A DNA stretch of 64,000 nt from an uncultured virus (IMG/VR IMGVR_UViG_3300027963_000045) (lineage: Duplodnaviria; Heunggongvirae; Uroviricota; Caudoviricetes), in the IMG/VR virus record IMGVR_UViG_3300027963_000045; one strand, 5' to 3'. Every line of letters starts with the position of its first letter. Within the stretch, counting starts at the first letter, position 1. Positions 56,075 to 64,000 of the stretch are shown in pieces. A program made the translations under genes and the position numbers. The notes beneath the pieces are model-generated. The model made no database searches and was not told where the DNA came from. It saw nothing but the letters and a program-made list of their open reading frames with translations.

Positions 56075-56876
56075 TTAACTCTCCCAGGTGTCGTTTGCCC
56101 ATGGCATGAAAGTCTGTGTTGGAAAATGTTAGATGTTTAGAGCGGTTATCTGTGTCAATGTACTCTATTGCGTAACATCTAATATCATTATCCATTGGCA
56201 TTTTTGTTAATCGTGCTTCTGGCAGCACAGTCAGCAGAGGCCAGGGTATTTCATCCACAGACAAGGTATGCCCACTTACAATTCCAAGTGCAATGCTCAA
56301 GGCATAGTCATTGCGGTAGTTAGAGTTAGTAAATCCATACAAGTTTTGGTAGTGCGGCCAGTTGTTACGCACCATGTTCATGCAATCAAATATGTATTGA
56401 GCCATGTTGCTTTTACGAAACATCATGACTGTGGCCCACCACATGGGAAAGTTATAACGCCCAAACACATTTAATTGGTCAAGCCGTTGCCCACGACTTA
56501 GATCAAAGCTTTCGCGATGACACATAAAGTCTTTGTCTGCATGTAATATCACAGACAAATCGTTGCCATTAACCACGTAGTCGGCATCCAACACCAGTGT
56601 TCTATCATATGGTGTTAAACTATATGCATCAGTTCTATTGCGATTATACCAAGGAACATTGTGTCCTATGTCAGCAAAGTGTCTAACACCTCCTTGTTCT
56701 CGGCCAGCAACAATTACATGTTCAAAATTATATTTGTCTGCAAATTCTGCGTTATCAGTTACAAGGGTAGTACCTATACCAAGATGTGTGGCAATATTAC
56801 GGGCACTCCAGGCTGCCATTCTAACATAATCTATGTCATCGTTGTTATAGGCAAATATCAGTGCACCGGTACTCAT
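56058..56876 (-). CDS. Nucleotide-diphospho-sugar transferase-like (GT-A) protein
   Basis: TPYDRTLVLDAD (DxD), RND. Confidence 0.7.
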   Translation of the reverse strand: MSTGALIFAYNNDDIDYVRMAAWSARNIATHLGIGTTLVTDNAEFADKYNFEHVIVAGREQGGVRHFADIGHNVPWYNRNRTDAYSLTPYDRTLVLDADYVVNGNDLSVILHADKDFMCHRESFDLSRGQRLDQLNVFGRYNFPMWWATVMMFRKSNMAQYIFDCMNMVRNNWPHYQNLYGFTNSNYRNDYALSIALGIVSGHTLSVDEIPWPLLTVLPEARLTKMPMDNDIRCYAIEYIDTDNRSKHLTFSNTDFHAMGKRHLGELIEADF

Positions 56877-57181
56877 CGTTTTTTTTGCAATGCTTGATGT
56901 TCAACCAGCCAGGCATTCATTTGCTCTTGCCATCGGCCCAGTACAAGGTATTGTAGTTCAACAGGGTCAACCTCAATAGGGGTTTCGTAAAGGTCTAGCA
57001 ATACCACTTTGTCTTTGACTGGTATTGCCTGTAGCAGTGTCAGCAACTTGGGTCCGGCTCGCCACATTCCTCCGTTATAAGGAAATAACATTTTGGCTTC
57101 GTATTTTTCTTTGAGCATGCGTTTTGCCGAAACATGGTCAAATCTAGCTCGAGCGTGTGAAATTATAGAATCAGTATCCAT
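56873..57181 (-). CDS. Hypothetical protein
   Basis: 102 aa; first gene of the minus-strand modification run. Confidence 0.65.
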   Translation of the reverse strand: MDTDSIISHARARFDHVSAKRMLKEKYEAKMLFPYNGGMWRAGPKLLTLLQAIPVKDKVVLLDLYETPIEVDPVELQYLVLGRWQEQMNAWLVEHQALQKKR

Positions 57182-57211
57182 GATAACAGTTTACATTAAT
57201 TTTAGATAAAA

Positions 57212-57235
57212 GTAAAGGGCTTCAAAGCCCTTTAC
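57212..57235 (-). terminator. Terminator hairpin after structural gene
   Basis: GTAAAGGGCT-TCAA-AGCCCTTTAC. Confidence 0.75.
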
Positions 57236-57258
57236 TGTGTTTTTGGATGACCTGACAA

Positions 57259-58245
57259 TTAGGCCACTGAAGCTGCCACAGTTGGTGTCCCCCAACTTGC
57301 GCTTGTTAGATATGTTGTGCTTGGTGGGAAGTATGTGACCACTGTGGCTGGTGCAGTTCCAAATGTAATTCCTGATGTAGCAGTGCCACCACTGATTTGG
57401 TCAATGGAATATGGATTTGGGTAACCAGGATCAAACCAGGTAGTTGTAAGGACCAATTGTGTTCCGGATCCAGCAGTCTTAGCCTGGAGTTGAATGTATT
57501 GTCCAGTGTATGGCGCTGTGTCAGCAAATTGCTTGTATAATATTGTATCAGTGGTAGTTAACTGATACCAACCAGTTCCAGTGGTCAACGTAGTTGGTGT
57601 GCCGGTACCACCAGATTTTGTTGTGCCAGTGTAGCTAGTTCCAGCAATGGTTTGTGTTGTTCCGCCAGCAGTGATAAAAATATCACCAACCAAGGTGTTG
57701 GCCAGGTCATTCCACTCAGGGTCAGCTGTGGTGCCAGTAGAAGTTTTGTTTGTTTCCCACTTGATACGTCCACCACCATTAAAGAAATACCGTGCGGCAT
57801 CTGCACTGGCCCAGGTAATTGTATGGGTAAATGTTATGGTCCAGGCATTGGTGCCCGAACCAGTAGCAGTGGTCTTTGAACTGGTACCAGTCCAGGATGT
57901 GTACTGAGATCCAGTGCCCACTGCATTGAGTCTGTTGGTTGTGACGTTTGTGAGGTCAGTATTTAAGTTGCTTAGAATAGAAATTGTAGAACCAGCAGTG
58001 GGTACGGTGCGAGTTGTAATTGATGTACTAGTCTGATTGGCCATTGATGTAATGGTGTTCACTAGGCTGGCCCATTGAGTAGCTGTAACTGTACCAGCAA
58101 CGCTGGCAGTGCTTAATGCAGTTTGCCCCCATCCTTTGTTGCTACTACCGGTCGCCCAAACATCATTGACGTTTGCACCCGAGTTGGTGCTTACAAAGCC
58201 ATTGTAATCTGTAGCTTGTATTAATCCGCCCGATGAATAAGTCAT
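57259..58245 (-). CDS. Thr/Gly-rich virion structural protein
   Basis: MTYSSGGLIQATDYN; ARYFFNGGG; composition. Confidence 0.75.
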   Translation of the reverse strand: MTYSSGGLIQATDYNGFVSTNSGANVNDVWATGSSNKGWGQTALSTASVAGTVTATQWASLVNTITSMANQTSTSITTRTVPTAGSTISILSNLNTDLTNVTTNRLNAVGTGSQYTSWTGTSSKTTATGSGTNAWTITFTHTITWASADAARYFFNGGGRIKWETNKTSTGTTADPEWNDLANTLVGDIFITAGGTTQTIAGTSYTGTTKSGGTGTPTTLTTGTGWYQLTTTDTILYKQFADTAPYTGQYIQLQAKTAGSGTQLVLTTTWFDPGYPNPYSIDQISGGTATSGITFGTAPATVVTYFPPSTTYLTSASWGTPTVAASVA

Positions 58246-58261
58246 AATCTAGTCCTAATTA

Positions 58262-59755
58262 TTATTTTGTAGCAACAATGGCTTCTACTAATCCCTCAGT
58301 TGCTTCTAGTTTGTTTTCTAGAGCACGACCAAGAACGTTGAACGCAGTAGCTTCCCCTAGCAATGCGGCCCTTGCAAGGCCATTACCAGCTGACACTAAA
58401 CGATCACCCTTTTTAACCATACCAACAGCTCGAACTGGAACACGTCCGGTCATAGCAATTGGTGGATGCGTAGCGTCAGTTCCTGCGCCCGAGTTCATCA
58501 AATATGCTGCTCTTGTACTTACCACGCCGAACACATTTTCGCTTAGATCGTACACAGACATGGTGATTTCTGCGTCGCCGCCAAGTTCAACAACTGTGCC
58601 TGGGGGCAGATATGCGTCGGCTGCAAAACGTTCTGCAACGTCGGCGTACAGTGCTGTGGTTGCTGTAGCAAAAACTGTGTTATAGTAACCGGTAGAACTG
58701 CCAATGTTACCAACACCGTTGGCATTGGTGTTAACAATGTTACCGACTGCTACTTGGCCTGTTGAAACACTTAGGTTACCTGCTGTTACGTTACCAGTGA
58801 TGCTGATTGTTGTACCAGTGTGGGCCGCGGCATTGATATTTCCAGCTGTTACGTTTCCTGTGACACTCAGAGTAGTGGGAATAGAAACTGCACTAGTTGC
58901 GCCATTAACACTTAGTACAGTTGTTACTACGCCGCCGTCATTGACTTTGATAGACAAATTGGCATCTTGTGTTTGATTTTGTAATGTAACTTCACTTGTT
59001 GCGGTGTTGACAGAAATTTTAGCGTCTTGATCAAGACCAACTGTGAGTCCTGAATCATTTAAAATTCCCAATGTTCCGCTAGTGGTATCATTTGCATCAC
59101 TGCGCAAGAATTGTGTGCTGTCAAGACCGTCAAGTAATTGAGTATCAGTTGATGTTCCACGGAACAATGCGCTAGATACTGTGGTACTTAATTGGATTCC
59201 TGGACTAATTGTAGAGAAGCCAGAAATACTCGGGACTGGAGTAAAGGTGGCGTCCTTGGAAACAATGCCAACAATAGTATTGCTTACGTACAATTGAATC
59301 ACAACGTGATCAACGGACAAGTTGTCTGTTAAAGTTGTAACCACTGCACCAGAAGTACCTTCACCAGCTGTAGATGCAGGGCCAACTAATATCCAGGCGC
59401 TACCGTTGTAAACTTTAAGCTGTTGGTTAGTGGTATCAAACCATAAATCACCGGCAACGTTACTGCTTGGTGCAGTAGATGCCGCTGTAGACGCACTGAT
59501 AACTTTGAAAGTTGTACCATTGTACACCTTCATCACGTTATTTGTTTTGTCCCACCAAAGCTGCCCAGTAAGTGGTGCGCTGGGTGCTGAAGTGTTTGAA
59601 CCGTTTTCTAATAAGTGAATGAAGTTTTCGTCTAAAAACTCACCGTAGCCGGCATAGTTTTTGCCGACTAAAATCATGCTAGAACTAGTGTTGATGGTGC
59701 CATCTGCAATAGTTGCAAAAATGCTGCCATCTGTTAAGTTAATCGTATATGCCAT
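58262..59755 (-). CDS. Baseplate/tail-fibre-type virion protein
   Basis: LVGKNYAGYGE..ENF, GQLWWD/GDLWFD repeats, C-terminal YADVAERF...GRVPV. Confidence 0.8.
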   Translation of the reverse strand: MAYTINLTDGSIFATIADGTINTSSSMILVGKNYAGYGEFLDENFIHLLENGSNTSAPSAPLTGQLWWDKTNNVMKVYNGTTFKVISASTAASTAPSSNVAGDLWFDTTNQQLKVYNGSAWILVGPASTAGEGTSGAVVTTLTDNLSVDHVVIQLYVSNTIVGIVSKDATFTPVPSISGFSTISPGIQLSTTVSSALFRGTSTDTQLLDGLDSTQFLRSDANDTTSGTLGILNDSGLTVGLDQDAKISVNTATSEVTLQNQTQDANLSIKVNDGGVVTTVLSVNGATSAVSIPTTLSVTGNVTAGNINAAAHTGTTISITGNVTAGNLSVSTGQVAVGNIVNTNANGVGNIGSSTGYYNTVFATATTALYADVAERFAADAYLPPGTVVELGGDAEITMSVYDLSENVFGVVSTRAAYLMNSGAGTDATHPPIAMTGRVPVRAVGMVKKGDRLVSAGNGLARAALLGEATAFNVLGRALENKLEATEGLVEAIVATK

Positions 59756-59806
59756 GTATGGTTACTCCGTCCTGTTTGTATTTATCGCCGTTTTTTGTAC
59801 GTATAT

Positions 59807-60412
59807 TTATGTTGAACTCAAATTGGTTAGAGTTTGAATTCTAACTGTATAATCAATTTGAATCTGACGGTTCAAACTCTTTTGAACCGGGTGAAATATA
59901 ACGTGAGTTAACAGCATTAACTCTGTTGCTGATCCTTCCCAGGCTTTTAACCCCAGTTCATCAAATACATATTCTCCGCTGAAATTTGTGGAATTATCAA
60001 ATGCTTGTTGGCCAGGCGGCTCGCCGTAGTCCAACAAACAACTTACCAGTACATCAGTATACACCTGTCCAGAAGTATGTAACACTGTGAGTTTGTTACG
60101 ACTTGGGTCTGTGTTGGCTGCTGAGTTATCATCAACTACTTTGATGTAGGTTTGATTATACAAGTCGGCGTTTGCCCCGGTTGTGTTTGGAGGCAAATAG
60201 GTAATAACTCCTGTGGGGTCAACACTGGATCCGCCATTGCCAAATGCCATTGCATAGATAAAACCTAGATTTTTATCTGCCAAGGACTGGGCAAGTGCAA
60301 TACTCATATTTTCATAGTGAATGGCGTTCTTTTTATCTATAAAAACTTCCCCATCATTTGGGTCGTATATTTTCAAGAAGCCTTGAACTGCAACTGGAAT
60401 TGATGTCATCAT
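59807..60412 (-). CDS. Putative baseplate/tail structural protein
   Basis: KNAIHYEN, MAFGNGG, FDELGL, HVIFHPVQKS. Confidence 0.7.
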   Translation of the reverse strand: MMTSIPVAVQGFLKIYDPNDGEVFIDKKNAIHYENMSIALAQSLADKNLGFIYAMAFGNGGSSVDPTGVITYLPPNTTGANADLYNQTYIKVVDDNSAANTDPSRNKLTVLHTSGQVYTDVLVSCLLDYGEPPGQQAFDNSTNFSGEYVFDELGLKAWEGSATELMLLTHVIFHPVQKSLNRQIQIDYTVRIQTLTNLSST

Positions 60413-60561
60413 GCCCGAGTCTCCACTATTATTTGTTTGGTATTTGGGTCGTAGATCTTTACATGACAATCAATCTGAATATTGCCTTTGTCATCGGGCT
60501 TTTTAGCCTGTGATGCTTGTGGTTGATTTTCCTGCATTTTTTGATCTTTAAAATTCATCAT
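60409..60561 (-). CDS. 50-aa protein resembling the N-terminus of the next gene
   Basis: Read manually: ...HVKIYDPNTKQIIVETRA vs FLKIYDPNDGEVFIDKK. Confidence 0.55.
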   Translation of the reverse strand: MMNFKDQKMQENQPQASQAKKPDDKGNIQIDCHVKIYDPNTKQIIVETRA

Positions 60562-60573
60562 ATATTTATTCAT

Positions 60574-63500
60574 TTAGTTACCACGTATAAACCTTGCAGC
60601 CTCGGTATATGTTTCTTGCAAAGGAACACCGTTGCTTGCAGTTCCCGAACCTGGTTCATACCAACTCTTGCCACGCATTACACGTATAGAAACCTGGTAT
60701 CCCGCTGTTGGTGCTTCATCAAACTCAATTTCTACGGTATCGAGCTGTGTAACAGTGTAACCTGTGGTTTGTAGCAACCCGCCAACATAAACTTCCACAG
60801 CATCTGCAGTTGATACAACTATGCTGTCTGTGGTATATGTTGTATTGATACCGTTTGCCAGGTAGTTTTGGTATTGCACATAGTTTTGGTATTCAGCAGT
60901 TAGCATATTGCCCTTGCCAATATCATATACCGGTGTGTCAACTTCATGACTTGCGGCTGCTGTACCCGAAGTACCACGACGTAGACTGCTAATTGTGTTT
61001 GCCACAATATCACGTTCACGATAAGCAATGCGTTCACCGTTGATAGTGATCAATCCAAAAATACCTTCTGCAAGATTTGGCTCGCTCAAGTTGCTGGCAT
61101 TATCAACATAAATGGTGTCGTCGTCTGCTGATAATGCTTGTGCCAATGCTGTGGTAGAATTTGTTGTAATTCTATAAGTTGTTTGAATTCCGCGCATGTC
61201 TTGGAATATACGGAATGCAATTGCGCCTGGAACAACTCTATCAGTCATACTTGTAATTACCACAACTTGGCTGTTGTTAATTGTTGGTCCAAGGATAATA
61301 ACGTTGGTTCCATCAGCAACCCAATCTACTTCTGGGAACAAATAAAATCCATCAAGAGTAACAATCAATCGATTAGTGTCAACAATTGTTCTTCCAGTAT
61401 CAAATCGATTGGATTCAATCAATGTTCCTTCAGAGTAATCGTATGTGCCTGGGTCGTCGACAATATTTCCCTCATCATACGGTGTACTATCATATGCTTC
61501 GCTAATCACCAATCCACGAGTACTTGGCCCAACAAATACCTGTGTCACTAGGTTTTGTTCAGAAGTGTTATTCCACGTTGTTACAGAAATAATGTCACCG
61601 CTGATTGGAACAAGACCTTGTCCTGCCTGGAATGCCAGTGTTGTGCCCATGGCCCAGTATTGTGCTTTTGTTCTAACAGAAATTAAAACCTGTGCATTAA
61701 TAGCAGGAGGTGTAGTAAGTGTCACTGTTCTATAAGATCCATCAACTGGGTTAACAACAAACCCAACCCCTAGCACCAACGGAACATTATTAACATAAAC
61801 TGATACATCGTTGTCAGATACCAAACTTAAACTATATCCACCATTGCTCGGTAAGTCATAATCAACTGTTGATCCGTCACCAATGTATTCAACACCTTCA
61901 CTTGGGCGAGCTCGCACTCCGTTTTTGTTTACAATAATATTAGCTGGATTAGTGCCCGATAAGCTATTGGACAATGTATAGCTCAAGCTGCCAGTTGACA
62001 AGAAGTATTGCGTAATTGGAATGCTCCATCCGTCGCTGACCCCCGCTGTGGTATTGCCAAGCGCAGTTAATGTGATACGATCATTGCTGGTAAACACAGT
62101 ACCAAATGTGATAACTGTATTACCTGATCCAACTGCATCATATGTGTAATCAGTGTTTTGTACACCATTGACAAAAATTGCAAACGAGTTAATTAACGAT
62201 GTTTCAATTGGTATTACAATTGTATCTTCAACAACAGATCCAATGTATGTATTAGTGTACATTTGGTTGCCGCCGCCCAATGCATAAACGTTCACGCTGA
62301 TAACATTGCCGGCAACTGCATGTTGTGTAACTGAAATAGTATAATTGACCCAATCAACAGTGAAGTCTACTCCTACGTCTAGTTCTAGGCCTTGAGTTTG
62401 GTTATAAACTTGCACAACAACCGGGTAATCTAATGCACCAGCAAAGCTCATGTTACCGTCGCCCATGACAAAATTACGGGTTGCAATTGGGAATCCGTGT
62501 CCGTTGCCTTCCCAGTCTGAACCCGGGGTTGTAAACACACGCATGTCTAGTGTATCATATGTGATACCGGGTACTAATTCTTCTGGGGCATGACTTTCGT
62601 ATGTGTCAACAAAGGCGCCACCGTTGACACTGATAGCGTTAGCAGGCCCTGTTGTGGGCGGGGCGCCGTCATATGCAGGCGCTGGTAAAATTCCTAGATA
62701 CGGATCTGTAAATTCGCTTGAATAAATTGCATCTAGAATTGCTGGATCGTATGTTGGGGTTCCATCTGGTGCATAAGAAATGTTATCAAACGGTGTTATG
62801 TCAAATCCCCCGACATCGAAACCAGTGTCTTGTGCAAATGATGGTGCCATTACTTGCACACCCGGGTAATCAATACCTGTCATTAACAGTGCAAGATCAA
62901 GGCCTGGCTGGTTTGGCGTAGGAACATAGTATCCCCAGGTGCGGTTAACACCACTTAGATCACCCGCGGGCACCAGTGTCCAGTTACTGGGATCAAATTC
63001 TGCTGTTTGTACTTCGGTATTTGCCTCCCACACACGATCGTCATACCGCACCAGGGAGCCACTTGGGTATGTAGTATCAGATTCCCAAATTGAAACATCA
63101 GATGTGTATTGATATCGATCATATCGAATCACAGTCAACAGATTTCTAACCTTGGCATTGCCAAGTACTGCAACTGCAACTGCGCCTGACCCATTACCGC
63201 CTGTGAATGTAATGGTTGCTGTGGTCGAATACCCTTCGCCGGGATCCACTACAACTATGCTGTTAACTTGTCCAGCACTGTTGATGGTAGCAGTAACAAC
63301 AGCTTGTCTAATACAATCACCAGTCACTGTTACTTCTGGGGGAGTAGAATACCCTGACCCACCATCAATAATAGTCACACCATCAAGACTCAACAAATAG
63401 TTTTGATACCATTGATTCCATGGGAATGTGGTCCACACTGGAGACGTACTTGGTAAACTACTTGTGGTACTCAATGTGCCAGTGTTGTCAAGCACCGGGC

Positions 63501-63999
63501 TAATAAACAAGTCCTGTGCCGAGTCCCAATATGCAGGCAAATCAAAGTCTGTCAAGGTACCATTAAATGTGTCAAGACCTTGATATTTCAAATTAAACTC
63601 ACGAATTTGTACGTGGTATGGTTTAACTTCTTGTATGTAATTTAAAACAAAGTCTTGATTATCTCGACGGTAGATTTGATATGGTACTAGGTCACGAATA
63701 ACATGGTCAACATCAATCAAACTTGTTTTGGTTAACCAATCAGGTGCTTCCTGTTCACTCATGATGTAATTAAACAATAACATCAATAAATTGTTGCGTT
63801 CAATCAGCAGATCATCAACAAATAGTTCTTCATTGATGGCTTGTATAATTTTTCTTGTTTCAATAGTGGGTGCTTGGTCAAAGTATTGAGCGTCAAACAC
63901 TTCACTATCAAATCCAAATCGTCCCACAGAGTAATCCCACAGAGAAGTTGAGAAACTAATAGTTCCGTCTTGCAATGCCACACGAGTCCAGGCATTGTT
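60574..63999 (-). CDS. Very large baseplate-wedge-type structural protein (5' part outside window)
   Basis: YIQEVKPYH, GGSGY repeats, HAPEELVPG, INGERI.Y...LRRGT; >1135 aa. Confidence 0.75.
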   Translation of the reverse strand, partial: NNAWTRVALQDGTISFSTSLWDYSVGRFGFDSEVFDAQYFDQAPTIETRKIIQAINEELFVDDLLIERNNLLMLLFNYIMSEQEAPDWLTKTSLIDVDHVIRDLVPYQIYRRDNQDFVLNYIQEVKPYHVQIREFNLKYQGLDTFNGTLTDFDLPAYWDSAQDLFISPVLDNTGTLSTTSSLPSTSPVWTTFPWNQWYQNYLLSLDGVTIIDGGSGYSTPPEVTVTGDCIRQAVVTATINSAGQVNSIVVVDPGEGYSTTATITFTGGNGSGAVAVAVLGNAKVRNLLTVIRYDRYQYTSDVSIWESDTTYPSGSLVRYDDRVWEANTEVQTAEFDPSNWTLVPAGDLSGVNRTWGYYVPTPNQPGLDLALLMTGIDYPGVQVMAPSFAQDTGFDVGGFDITPFDNISYAPDGTPTYDPAILDAIYSSEFTDPYLGILPAPAYDGAPPTTGPANAISVNGGAFVDTYESHAPEELVPGITYDTLDMRVFTTPGSDWEGNGHGFPIATRNFVMGDGNMSFAGALDYPVVVQVYNQTQGLELDVGVDFTVDWVNYTISVTQHAVAGNVISVNVYALGGGNQMYTNTYIGSVVEDTIVIPIETSLINSFAIFVNGVQNTDYTYDAVGSGNTVITFGTVFTSNDRITLTALGNTTAGVSDGWSIPITQYFLSTGSLSYTLSNSLSGTNPANIIVNKNGVRARPSEGVEYIGDGSTVDYDLPSNGGYSLSLVSDNDVSVYVNNVPLVLGVGFVVNPVDGSYRTVTLTTPPAINAQVLISVRTKAQYWAMGTTLAFQAGQGLVPISGDIISVTTWNNTSEQNLVTQVFVGPSTRGLVISEAYDSTPYDEGNIVDDPGTYDYSEGTLIESNRFDTGRTIVDTNRLIVTLDGFYLFPEVDWVADGTNVIILGPTINNSQVVVITSMTDRVVPGAIAFRIFQDMRGIQTTYRITTNSTTALAQALSADDDTIYVDNASNLSEPNLAEGIFGLITINGERIAYRERDIVANTISSLRRGTSGTAAASHEVDTPVYDIGKGNMLTAEYQNYVQYQNYLANGINTTYTTDSIVVSTADAVEVYVGGLLQTTGYTVTQLDTVEIEFDEAPTAGYQVSIRVMRGKSWYEPGSGTASNGVPLQETYTEAARFIRGN

Positions 64000-64000
64000 T

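Overview
A 64-kb segment of a large tailed dsDNA bacteriophage using the standard genetic code. The host is probably a Betaproteobacterium, inferred from the Bug/TctC, TctA and RpoZ homologs and the ANDEQFALAA tmRNA tag. Virion structural genes bound both ends: a tail fibre on + at the left, and baseplate/fibre-type genes on - at the right. Between them lie four regions. (i) An accessory region with an attenuator-like leader, a DUF4214-type protein, B12-radical SAM enzymes and a tripartite tricarboxylate transporter. (ii) An array of 29 tRNAs covering all 20 amino acids, interleaved with several unexplained, highly structured non-tRNA elements. (iii) A circularly permuted two-piece tmRNA whose intervening segment carries a Bfd-like ORF, followed by MoxR/VWA and thyX genes. 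(iv) A ~28-kb modification cluster with 7 radical SAMs (10 in the whole window), several glycosyltransferase-like paralog families, two NDP-sugar epimerases, a DegT aminotransferase, an amidinotransferase, a carbamoyltransferase and a 2OG-Fe oxygenase. All calls come from motif reading by eye; no database searches were run.
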